Source of the DNA: a virus
Virus record (IMG/VR): IMGVR_UViG_3300008740_000712
Span: 32,001 to 96,000 of that record
DNA length: 64,000 nt
Reading direction: 5' to 3' (one strand)
Notes under the pieces: generated by a model
Databases searched by the model: none
The model's input: only the letters and a program-made list of their open reading frames with translations
What the model was told of the DNA's origin: nothing
Made by a program: the position numbers and the translations under genes
Shown here: piece after piece, positions 55,427-63,989 of the stretch
How positions within the stretch are numbered: position 1 is the stretch's first letter
Layout of the letters: each line of letters starts with the position of its first letter

Positions 55427-56409
55427 AAATCATAAATACCTTTATCCAGTTCGTAATTGTCCCACACAAATCTATCTTTCATTGGCTGCTTTTGTGCCCA
55501 ATTCCACATCAGGGTTAATCCTTCTTCCAAACTTATCGAGTGTTCGAAACCTAACAAGTCAACTGATTTTTGCCAAGTGGACCATGCATGTTTGGCTTCG
55601 TGCCTTTGCTCCAAATAGACCGGTTTCAATTTAGTTCCTGCCACTTTTATCAAAGTCTCACACGCTTCATTAATCGTGCTCTCCTTAATCCCACCTAAGT
55701 TTATTATCTGATCGATACATTGGGGATTTTGAGATGCATTCCAAAACGGCAACAGAGAATCGTCAACATAACTGAATGCTCTTTTTTGCTCTCCGTCACC
55801 GAAAATTGTGGGACTAACCCCATTCATGATCTGGTACATCCAAATTCCCAGAACATTTCGATATTTATCCCAAATATTCTGATTTCTTCCATAGAAGTTG
55901 TGGGGTCTTATTATTGTATAGTCTAGACCATGCTGGTCATATGCTATTTTCAAATCCTGTTCAACAGAAAATTTTGCTACCCCGTAGGGATCTATCGGGC
56001 ACTGCTGAAGATCTTCGTGAAATGGTGGTTCATATTTATCTCCATATACTGACATCGAACTTGCGAATACGAACCTCTTAACGTCAAATTCAATGCTAGC
56101 GGTGATCAGATTCGTAGAGGATATTAAATTGTTTTCGTAATTGTATTTTCTTATAAAAGGACTAAGACCTTCCGCAGCATAGGCTGCGAAGTGATATACA
56201 ATTTCTGGTCTTTCTTTTTCGAATAAATCCTTAACTTTATCAAGATTTTTTAAATTGAATTTGAAAAACTTAACTCTTGAGTTTACGTTGCTCATATATC
56301 CACCGCTCAAATCATCGATGCCGATGACTTGGTGGTCTGTGTTTTCGAGAATCCAATCTGCCAATCGGGAACCTAAAAGACCTGCTACACCTGTAATTAA
56401 AATTTTCAC
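55414..56409 (-). CDS. NAD-dependent nucleotide-sugar epimerase/dehydratase
   Basis: Rossmann motif TGVAGLLG, ASSMSVY, catalytic YGVAK, RPHNFYG. Confidence 0.92.
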   Translation of the reverse strand: MKILITGVAGLLGSRLADWILENTDHQVIGIDDLSGGYMSNVNSRVKFFKFNLKNLDKVKDLFEKERPEIVYHFAAYAAEGLSPFIRKYNYENNLISSTNLITASIEFDVKRFVFASSMSVYGDKYEPPFHEDLQQCPIDPYGVAKFSVEQDLKIAYDQHGLDYTIIRPHNFYGRNQNIWDKYRNVLGIWMYQIMNGVSPTIFGDGEQKRAFSYVDDSLLPFWNASQNPQCIDQIINLGGIKESTINEACETLIKVAGTKLKPVYLEQRHEAKHAWSTWQKSVDLLGFEHSISLEEGLTLMWNWAQKQPMKDRFVWDNYELDKGIYDFWKK

Positions 56410-56410
56410 C

Positions 56411-57304
56411 TTATTTAAACCTACCCTTCAATAAACTGGACACGTCTTCGGTGGGACTCAATCCCTTATTTTTATGAACCGAATACATGAGTGCTGGGTC
56501 AATAGTGTGGCAAAAATAGAACTGTAATTGGTCTTTTACATTAAGTGGTGATATATCACTGATTTTTCTTGCATCTGTTTTTTCCCATGTCATTAATTCG
56601 GCACCCTTATCAGAAATAAAGAATTTTGCGAATGTTACGTCGTCACCAATACACTTTACCTCGTAAGGACTGCGTACCATATCCACCCTGTTCTCTCTCT
56701 CCTCTTTAACTAACTCTTCAATAAGTTTTCGACTGACCAGGAATGCGGAACCACTAGCAAACATTATGACAGGTGGTTGATTTTGATTGTGCCCGTTGTC
56801 GTAAACACCTGGACTACCAGCATACACATTGTCTCTTTTCCCCAGAGATTCAACATATTGTTTTAAGATATTCAAATCTATATAAGTTCCACAGTTTGTT
56901 CTCAACACATAGTCAAACTCTTCATTATCCAAAATCCACTCAAAAGCATCAATTGTTTTGTAATATATATTTTCTCGGCCCTCCTGGGTATCGGAGTAGA
57001 TACAATCATCAATTGCAAAAGGATGTCGCTTTCTTCGCACGTTGGTGCTGGCATCTTTAGGTGGTTGCCCTTCGTATATACAGGAGTCCTCGACCACATC
57101 TCTGTATTCAGATTCTTCAGGAAAATCAGTTCCTGGTCGATGCCCATATATGTAAAAAACTTTTACCCCGTCTACCTGCTGGGATGCCCACGTTCTACGG
57201 ACTGCTGTTACCATATCTGTGTAACTAGATGCTCGACCATCCTTGATGCATCTTCCGCAGACACATACATCATCATTCGATAAAACTATAACTGCTATTT
57301 TCAT
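56411..57304 (-). CDS. GT-A glycosyltransferase, GT31/galactosyltransferase-like
   Basis: KTIDAFEWILDNEEFDYVLRTNCGTYIDL, FASGSAFLVS and GDDVTF resemble GT31; the usual DxD is replaced by NCG. Confidence 0.6.
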   Translation of the reverse strand: MKIAVIVLSNDDVCVCGRCIKDGRASSYTDMVTAVRRTWASQQVDGVKVFYIYGHRPGTDFPEESEYRDVVEDSCIYEGQPPKDASTNVRRKRHPFAIDDCIYSDTQEGRENIYYKTIDAFEWILDNEEFDYVLRTNCGTYIDLNILKQYVESLGKRDNVYAGSPGVYDNGHNQNQPPVIMFASGSAFLVSRKLIEELVKEERENRVDMVRSPYEVKCIGDDVTFAKFFISDKGAELMTWEKTDARKISDISPLNVKDQLQFYFCHTIDPALMYSVHKNKGLSPTEDVSSLLKGRFK

Positions 57305-57344
57305 TCTGTCTCTCTCCTTAATTTACCCACCATTGGTAATGTAT

Positions 57345-58130
57345 TTACCATGCTGATCTTCCGCCATTCATCACTATGTTCTCACCCGTCATATAGGAAC
57401 TTGCCTCAGAACACAGAAAAACTATGGCACCTTTATATTCGTCCCTTTTAGCCATACGACCCATAGGAATTAGATTTGCAAGTTTCTCAACAAACTCAAC
57501 TGGCTGATTGTTGTAAACTCCTCCCGGACTCAAGCAATTAACTCTAATATTCTTTTCCGCAAAATAAGTGGCAAGATACTTTGTCATTCCCACAATTCCA
57601 AATTTAGAAGCAGAGTATGTTATCGGTTTTTTGCCATTTAAGTATATTCTTTGGTCAGGGGCAATGACACCCAAATCTGAGGAGATGTTCACAATTACAC
57701 CGGAGCCGTCGGATGCGAACTTGTTACAAAACACTTGGGAACACAAAAATGTTCCATCCAAACAAGTCTCTATTCCACTCTTCCATTCTTTTAGAGTCAT
57801 TGTCTCAAAATCTCCCCCTACTTTTCCCTCTGAAGAAACTGTGGGGTTTTTTGCTGCGTTATTTATTAAGACATTGACAGTAGGGTGGGCAGAGGCAGCT
57901 GCTTCAATTGTCTTTCTGTCTGTCACGTCCACAAAAACGGATCGTACTCTTTTTTGATCAAATTTCTCACACAATTTATCCGCAACCTCGGTGGCTTTTT
58001 CTAAGTCGTTATCTGCTATCACCACTGATCCTCCATGCTCCAGAATTGCCTCGGCGTGCATTTGACCCAACATTCCGGCACCACCAGTTATAAACACCGT
58101 CTTGCCCTTTAAATCAAAAATACTTGTCAT
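57345..58130 (-). CDS. Short-chain dehydrogenase/reductase, PtmA-like
   Basis: TGGAGMLG, NNAA, catalytic YSASK, SPGGVYNNQP. Confidence 0.85.
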   Translation of the reverse strand: MTSIFDLKGKTVFITGGAGMLGQMHAEAILEHGGSVVIADNDLEKATEVADKLCEKFDQKRVRSVFVDVTDRKTIEAAASAHPTVNVLINNAAKNPTVSSEGKVGGDFETMTLKEWKSGIETCLDGTFLCSQVFCNKFASDGSGVIVNISSDLGVIAPDQRIYLNGKKPITYSASKFGIVGMTKYLATYFAEKNIRVNCLSPGGVYNNQPVEFVEKLANLIPMGRMAKRDEYKGAIVFLCSEASSYMTGENIVMNGGRSAW

Positions 58131-58890
58131 ATAAATCCTTGAATATTTTTGTATGATTTCTTATTGTCGATAATTCATCACCCGGCTTTTCTCTGGCAGT
58201 CTGTAATATAAATTGCCCAGAATAGTCCACGGAACTTAATTTTTTAAATATTAGATCAAAATCTGTATCTCCGGTAGTGGGGGAGACTGTTTGTCTGTCA
58301 TATGTTCTGTCCTTTATGTGTACATTTACAATCTTTTCCCCGAAAAAATCTATAAACTCCTCGTGGTCAACACCGCAAGAAGTGATGTTTCCTGTATCAT
58401 ATGTAACACAAAAGTTATCACACAGACGCACTATGTCATTTAATTTATCGATTGGCATTTCGGACTCAAAAGCAAATTTTATCTCAGGATACTTATCTCC
58501 ATACTCCTTCACTATCTTACAAAAGTCCTGCCTCTCTTTGTCGTCATTTAAGTCACTTTCATCTAAAACAGGTATTGTCAAAATATACACCCCAATCGTC
58601 TGTGCCTGTCTGCAAACAGGATCTAAGTATTTTGCTAAGAACTCCCTGTTTGCTATGAAATTGCTGACTAACGTATCAAGACATATCGACAACACTGGTT
58701 TTTCTCTAATGTCATCGGGATTAAGAAATAATGGATTCTTATCAAAGGAATTGGGAGTAACCAACCACTCGACACCAGATAATCCTATTTTCTCCAAGGC
58801 ATCGAATTCGTTTCTCCAATATCTTGGGAACTCCTGATATAGACCGTCGGTGGGCCTCGTCAGTCGTCCTTGTAGCACCCCTATCTTCAT
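58114..58890 (-). CDS. Sugar-phosphate isomerase/epimerase (xylose-isomerase-like TIM barrel)
   Basis: MKIGVLQGRL, VEW, FESE, YDTGN and VHIKD metal-ligand pattern. Confidence 0.8.
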   Translation of the reverse strand: MKIGVLQGRLTRPTDGLYQEFPRYWRNEFDALEKIGLSGVEWLVTPNSFDKNPLFLNPDDIREKPVLSICLDTLVSNFIANREFLAKYLDPVCRQAQTIGVYILTIPVLDESDLNDDKERQDFCKIVKEYGDKYPEIKFAFESEMPIDKLNDIVRLCDNFCVTYDTGNITSCGVDHEEFIDFFGEKIVNVHIKDRTYDRQTVSPTTGDTDFDLIFKKLSSVDYSGQFILQTAREKPGDELSTIRNHTKIFKDLYDKYF

Positions 58891-59612
58891 TGCACAAACA
58901 TCCTGTTTAACCTCACCTCTTCAGAAATCATATGTCCGTCGTAAGAAATAACATGATGAGTATATTTTGCAACATCCTGAGTCGTCATAAAGGTATCATA
59001 AATTTGCCCCAACTTTTCAACTTCCTTGCCCATGTCGGTCTGAATCGATCCTGGGGAGATGCAGTACACTCTCACACCATCTTGCTTCAATTCCTTGAAC
59101 AAAGACCTAGACAAACCCAAGAGGGCGTGCTTTGAGGCACAATAAGCAGATGTCTTGGGGGAACCACCGTAGGCTGAAGAGGAAGCAATATTCACAATTC
59201 TGCCCCACTGATTTTTCTTCATGCCGGGTAAAAACTCTCGAATAATAACAAAAGGAGATTCTACATTCACCTTCATGCAATTTTGAAAATCCTTCGTTGT
59301 CATATCCTCGATAGAAGATATGGGAAAAGTGGCAGCTGCGTTGACTACGACATCGATGTTCCCAAAATCATTTTTGATTGTAGATGTCATACTCAGTACA
59401 GACTCACTATCCGACAATTCGCAGACATAAGTTCCAATCTTCTGTTCTTTCATTGCGATAAGTGATAACTCGTCTTTTAAATTCAGAAGCTTTTTCCAGT
59501 CTCTTCCCACCAAAACAACATTGTTTCCTGTTTTGAGAAACTCTTCACACATCGACTTTCCAAGTCCTCCATACGCACCTGTTATAAGAATATTTTTACC
59601 CTGTAGTGTCAT
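58887..59612 (-). CDS. Short-chain dehydrogenase/reductase
   Basis: TGAYGGLG, VNAAA, NIASS, catalytic YCASK. Confidence 0.88.
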   Translation of the reverse strand: MTLQGKNILITGAYGGLGKSMCEEFLKTGNNVVLVGRDWKKLLNLKDELSLIAMKEQKIGTYVCELSDSESVLSMTSTIKNDFGNIDVVVNAAATFPISSIEDMTTKDFQNCMKVNVESPFVIIREFLPGMKKNQWGRIVNIASSSAYGGSPKTSAYCASKHALLGLSRSLFKELKQDGVRVYCISPGSIQTDMGKEVEKLGQIYDTFMTTQDVAKYTHHVISYDGHMISEEVRLNRMFVQ

Positions 59613-60429
59613 CTTTTTTTCTCAACTTTTTAGCAATTGGGATTTCCGAATCATAAACAATCTTTGCTCCCGTTCCTAGCATCAGTTCCATTTTTCGAAT
59701 GCCATCAATTAAGGAATCGGAGTCTTCAATCGAAGCAGACTGATCTGAACCGTAGGCAGTCCTATCGTTGGTTATGTGAAATTCAATGCACTCTGCACCA
59801 AGAGCAACTGCACCGACGCAGGCGTCTAATCCACTATAGTGATTTGAAAAACCAACAGATAAATCAGGATAGTTTCCCTTTAGTGTTCGAATGTGTCTTA
59901 GGTTTATCTCTTCCGGTGCTGTGGGGTATGTGCTCGTACATGCTAGAACGATTTTTAAATTTTTAAGAATTCTTATTGCAGCAGAGATTTGCTCCGTAGT
60001 ACACATTCCGGTAGACAGAATAACAGGTTTTCCTGTTTCGTTTAATTTGTTTAAAAACTCCTTATCGGTCGCAAGTGCAGATGCCACTTTATGATATTTG
60101 ACATTTAAGTTTTCTTCAACAACATCGACACTATCGATATCCCAACAGGAAATAATGAATTCCATGCCCTTCTTGGCGGTGTATTCTTCCAACTCTTTAT
60201 ATTGCTCAATGGAGAATTCCAGACCTTCCTTCTGCTGTCGATTGGTGGTGCCCCAGGGTGATTCCCTACCATTGTCCAACTCCTCTTTGGTATAGACAAG
60301 TTCTATTGTTCTTTTTTGAAACTTAACAGCATTAGCACCAGATGATGCTGATTTATCTATTAGTTTCTTTGCCAGCTCTATATCACCGTTGTGGTTGATT
60401 CCTATTTCTGATATTACATATGTGGTCAT
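59596..60429 (-). CDS. neuB: N-acetylneuraminate/nonulosonate synthase (NeuB family, short form)
   Basis: SEIGINHNGD...AVKFQK, KVASA, ILSTGM, CTSTYP, GFSNH, IEFHIT; 277 aa, lacking the C-terminal SAF domain. Confidence 0.92.
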   Translation of the reverse strand: MTTYVISEIGINHNGDIELAKKLIDKSASSGANAVKFQKRTIELVYTKEELDNGRESPWGTTNRQQKEGLEFSIEQYKELEEYTAKKGMEFIISCWDIDSVDVVEENLNVKYHKVASALATDKEFLNKLNETGKPVILSTGMCTTEQISAAIRILKNLKIVLACTSTYPTAPEEINLRHIRTLKGNYPDLSVGFSNHYSGLDACVGAVALGAECIEFHITNDRTAYGSDQSASIEDSDSLIDGIRKMELMLGTGAKIVYDSEIPIAKKLRKKDDTTG

Positions 60430-61640
60430 TAGTCTCTCCTATTATTGAAATATTCAATTGTTTTTCTCAGTGCATCTGCCTTGCTCTTTGCGATCCCTAG
60501 ATTACGATAATTTGTCTTAATCTGCATTAATCTTGGTTGCAACTCCTCTGCCACCGGGCATATCCCCTTTTGGTAAGATACGTTGGAATAAATTTCCGGA
60601 TACCTTTTAACATATTCCCTATTATACATGAGGGGTTCTAGATACGGATTTTTCCAAGCGGCATAATATCCATCACCCCCAAGTTCGACATACTTGTCTC
60701 TAAACTCTTGCCAGATTACTCCCATGTGTGTGTCTCCATCATATCTTACTCCCAAAGTATAATACGAATGGACTGAATTGTAAAGAACTTTCTGAGGGGT
60801 TAAATAATCACACTCCCCAATTGCTTGCAGAAATAGATTTGCTACTGATTTTCTCATTTCTATTTTCTCTTCCAAGTCCTCGAATTGTGCCAAGGCAATT
60901 GCTGCGGAAAACTCACTGAGTCTGTAGTTCCAACCTAATGAGTCGTGTCTTTCGAAATCGGGATCTTGAAAATCATATTGGTTTGAGAACTTTATTTTTC
61001 CACCATCAGCGCTCAAATTCTTATAACCATGTCCTGCTACTTTTCGAGCAGACATTGCAAGATTCTCATCATTGGTCAATAGTATGCCACCCTCTCCGCA
61101 ACTCATTTGTTTAGCATTCTCGAAACTCCAACTAGAAAAGGAATTAGAAACACCTACTCGGTTTCCCTTATGTTGGGACAAGAGGCATTGCGCGTGGTCC
61201 TCAATGACTGGAATATTGTATTTTTCGGAGATCTCATTGATCCTACCCATGTCACAAACGGCACCGTATAAAGTGACGACAATAATTGCCTTTGTTGACG
61301 GAGTTATTTTTCTCTCTATATCCTCCGGATCTATAACAAAAGTCTCCGGATCGACATCTGCATAGACTGGGATTGCATTACACTGTATGATAGTGGATGT
61401 ATCCATGATTACCGTAAGTGCCGGTGTTATAACTTCGTCACCAGCACCAACACCGAGGGCCTCTAGGGCAGCATGTAAGGTTGCGGTGCCGGAATTCATG
61501 GCAATAGCATACTTGCATTCAAAAAAATCCGAAAACTTCTTTTCCAGTGTTCTGCACCAGGTGCCGTGTTCTGCGGGTTGGCCATCCAGTACCATCTTCA
61601 GGTATTTTAATTCATTTCCTGTATATTTGTCACTCTTCAC
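60429..61640 (-). CDS. DegT/DnrJ/EryC1/StrS PLP-dependent sugar aminotransferase
   Basis: NSGTATLHAAL, IEDHAQ, SFENAKQMSCGEGG (PLP lysine), GWNYRLSE. Confidence 0.93.
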   Translation of the reverse strand: MKSDKYTGNELKYLKMVLDGQPAEHGTWCRTLEKKFSDFFECKYAIAMNSGTATLHAALEALGVGAGDEVITPALTVIMDTSTIIQCNAIPVYADVDPETFVIDPEDIERKITPSTKAIIVVTLYGAVCDMGRINEISEKYNIPVIEDHAQCLLSQHKGNRVGVSNSFSSWSFENAKQMSCGEGGILLTNDENLAMSARKVAGHGYKNLSADGGKIKFSNQYDFQDPDFERHDSLGWNYRLSEFSAAIALAQFEDLEEKIEMRKSVANLFLQAIGECDYLTPQKVLYNSVHSYYTLGVRYDGDTHMGVIWQEFRDKYVELGGDGYYAAWKNPYLEPLMYNREYVKRYPEIYSNVSYQKGICPVAEELQPRLMQIKTNYRNLGIAKSKADALRKTIEYFNNRRD

Positions 61641-62397
61641 TTTTGCTCTCCTTCAAAATTGGTTTATTAATATTTTCCTGATTCTTCTTCCACTTCTCAT
61701 CAAGATAAAAATTAATATTTGCTAATTCAGGATTATCGCAAATCAACTTATATGCTTCTTGGAAGTTAATTGTTCTACCCTCTTGCAACAATCTTTTTAT
61801 CACAGATTCAAAAAAAACCAAGTCGTCTTCGTAATCCAGAGTCATTCTTACATTCTTTTTTCTATAACATTCTGGCACATCTTGTATTCTCTGGACATCG
61901 AACAGATCTGTTTCGGTGAAGTATGGTCTGATATATTCCGTCTTCTCTGTTGCCTTGATGTCGCAGACTTTTTTTAGAGAGTTGTAGGAAATTCCATAAG
62001 CATCATTATACAGTCCATGACCGTCTATAAAATCGACGTTGCTATTCTTGTTCTGCTCGAATATCAAATCAGCAAGTCCACAATCAAACAACAAATCATC
62101 TCCATCTACGTTCACAAAAAAATCAACCCCATACTCTTCACAGGCAGACTTCCATCGAACTAACTTGTCCTCGTTTGCGCCGCGGAAGAAGGATATTCCA
62201 TTCTCAGTTGCTATGTCGCACAAGGCAGTGTCCTCTTCTCTCTCGGTCGTACATAAAATAATTCTATCAGCATGTTTAGACTTCTTTAAACTGTCAATCA
62301 AGTAAAAGATAGTTGGTTTATCAACTATTTCCCTCATGGCCTTGAAGGGCAGCCTACTAGAATTTGCCCTAACAGATATAAAAATGCAATTACTCAC
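61630..62397 (-). CDS. CMP-nonulosonate cytidylyltransferase (SpsF/KdsB/NeuA family)
   Basis: SVRANSSRLPFKAM, FFRGANED, NVDGDD, RMTLDYEDD. Confidence 0.88.
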   Translation of the reverse strand: MSNCIFISVRANSSRLPFKAMREIVDKPTIFYLIDSLKKSKHADRIILCTTEREEDTALCDIATENGISFFRGANEDKLVRWKSACEEYGVDFFVNVDGDDLLFDCGLADLIFEQNKNSNVDFIDGHGLYNDAYGISYNSLKKVCDIKATEKTEYIRPYFTETDLFDVQRIQDVPECYRKKNVRMTLDYEDDLVFFESVIKRLLQEGRTINFQEAYKLICDNPELANINFYLDEKWKKNQENINKPILKESKSEE

Positions 62398-63155
62398 CCT
62401 ACACCACAGTCCAATAAATTGTCATGATTAAGATCCAGCATCGTATTCATGTACGGATCTATTTTAATGCAAGAATTTAGGGACAAGAGTCTCTTGAAGT
62501 AGGAGAGTTGAACCATCGCAGCATGGCTACCGTGACCAAAGGTTCTCCCATCCGTGTCGGCCTTGTCCATATGACCAGGGCAATAAAGGTCTTCATATCT
62601 TTCACCACCGGTATAGAAAGAGAATCCGGTTATAAGCAATTCTTTGATAGGATAGTTAAGTAAAGTTACGATGCTTGCCATGCCTGTGTGAAACTCTACA
62701 CCTATTTCTGCATATATCCTATTGTAATCCCTCACCCCAATCCAATAAAAAGGGAGGTCGTATTCGTTAATATCTTGAAAATTATGCACCACCTGACTTA
62801 CGTGGTTGTCCGGCCAATTGAGAAAATCTACGTCTTGGTGGGATGCTTTGGTGGCAGAACACACGACAAGTTTTAGATTTTTAAAATACTCTCGTCTGTC
62901 CTCCGACTCGATCTTCCTCTTTATACCTGGCATCCATTGCGTCCCGAAATTGCAAAACATAATATCTGTCCTGTTACCATAGTCCAACCTCTGTTGTTTT
63001 AGGGGAATGATCTCATTTGGTCGGCAGACTACATCATAGTCATCAAGATGCTTGTGAAGATTTTTTCCCTGTAGGTATCCGGCCGGACCAATTAAAGCTA
63101 CCGTCTTTCCCTGCACAATATCATACAAATCCTTGTTTATCTCCAACTTTTTCAC
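62394..63155 (-). CDS. GT29-like sialyltransferase
   Basis: Sialylmotif-L-like TVALIGPAGYLQGKNLHKHLDDYDVVCRPN...DYGNRT and motif-S-like HTGMASIVTLL...ITGFSF. Probable GTG start at 63155 coupled to the upstream TAG (track start 63239). Confidence 0.72.
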   Translation of the reverse strand: MKKLEINKDLYDIVQGKTVALIGPAGYLQGKNLHKHLDDYDVVCRPNEIIPLKQQRLDYGNRTDIMFCNFGTQWMPGIKRKIESEDRREYFKNLKLVVCSATKASHQDVDFLNWPDNHVSQVVHNFQDINEYDLPFYWIGVRDYNRIYAEIGVEFHTGMASIVTLLNYPIKELLITGFSFYTGGERYEDLYCPGHMDKADTDGRTFGHGSHAAMVQLSYFKRLLSLNSCIKIDPYMNTMLDLNHDNLLDCGVG

Positions 63156-63802
63156 TATTTGTAATCCATTGTGCAAACTTCTGCTTTTTTTCTTAGAATA
63201 GTCATACCATTGCATCTTGGAATTGTAGAATATTCCCACTCATCTAAATCCAACTCGGCAATTGCTCGATATGGGCCACCATGATCCCACTGTTTATCTT
63301 TCGAGTCCTGAACCGATCTATATTGGGGCTGTGAATTATAGTACATAAGATCGTGTAAAAGGAACAGGTCATTGGGTGTGGCATACTTGGAGATCAATTC
63401 TATCTCCCTCTTAACATGTTCATATGAATGCCAATCGTCAATATAAAAAATCCTAGACCTAGAAGAATTAGATGTTTCTTGCAATACTTCTTCCAGATCT
63501 TCTTCCAAGAATTTTATAGCATCTTTTTGGTGGAACTGCCATCTCTGCTTCCAGTGATCGGGGAATTGGAAGTCTGGTACTACCGGGTCAATATCGACCG
63601 AGATCAATTTTGAATCAATGATGTCGCAAGCACACAAGAAAGGCAAAGTGCTTCTAGCAGTACGGACTCCCAATTCTAAAATGAGACACGGCTTCATGGA
63701 TATCGAAAGTGAGAAGAGTGTCATAAGATGTTCATCGATATCTCCCTTGCCGTGTACCACAAGGTGCGTCAGTAAGTCAATTGGATTAATATTTTTATTC
63801 AT
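63155..63802 (-). CDS. Class I SAM-dependent methyltransferase (Methyltransf_24-like)
   Basis: ILELGVRTARST, ISVDID, YIDDWHSYE, LLHD. Confidence 0.88.
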   Translation of the reverse strand: MNKNINPIDLLTHLVVHGKGDIDEHLMTLFSLSISMKPCLILELGVRTARSTLPFLCACDIIDSKLISVDIDPVVPDFQFPDHWKQRWQFHQKDAIKFLEEDLEEVLQETSNSSRSRIFYIDDWHSYEHVKREIELISKYATPNDLFLLHDLMYYNSQPQYRSVQDSKDKQWDHGGPYRAIAELDLDEWEYSTIPRCNGMTILRKKAEVCTMDYK

Positions 63803-63829
63803 ATCTCTTTTCTCCTGAATCTATTGTAA

Positions 63830-63977
63830 TGGTGGAGGAGAGAGGATTCGAACCTCTGTCTCTTGTGTGCGAATTGGGTGTTTTTCCAATTAAACTACGG
63901 TATTTAACCGACAGACTCGAACTGCCATCTCTCAATTCATAGCACACACAATTGTTTTCCCACTAAACTACTCCCCC
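63830..63977 (-). ncRNA. 148-nt double-elbow tRNA-like RNA with alanine acceptor identity and no anticodon loop
   Basis: Acceptor GGGGGAG/CTCCTCC with G3.U70, A73 and encoded CCA. Two D arms (63970-63954, 63897-63880) and two T arms with TTCGA loops (63926-63910, 63857-63841). Confidence 0.85.
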
Positions 63978-63989
63978 TTTATAATTCTC

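Noticed and set aside
57334-57350. Inverted repeat TGGTAA-N5-TTACCA as an operator inside the glycan cluster
   Set aside because: Single 6-bp palindrome overlapping a stop codon, with no second copy noticed; compatible with chance.
55040-63802. Lower GC content of the glycan cluster as proof of recent horizontal transfer
   Set aside because: Some lines look AT-rich but others do not; it needs a computed sliding-window GC and codon analysis, which I could not run.
113-63818. All plus-strand ORFs in the track
   Set aside because: They lie antisense to long, motif-bearing minus-strand genes and show no recognisable motifs; treated as shadow ORFs.
63863-63951. Ordinary tRNA-Ala(UGC) with a group I or BHB intron
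   Set aside because: The insert is far too short for a group I intron and shows no clear bulge-helix-bulge. The best splice product would have G33 and U37 in the loop, which is non-canonical.
63830-63977. tmRNA (ssrA)
   Set aside because: It shares the G3.U70 alanine arm, but it is only 148 nt, has fully paired D stems, and has no tag ORF or pseudoknot region.
63830-63977. Two tandem independent tRNA genes
   Set aside because: Neither half has its own 7-bp acceptor stem or 7-nt anticodon loop; the only full acceptor pairing joins the extreme 5' and 3' ends.
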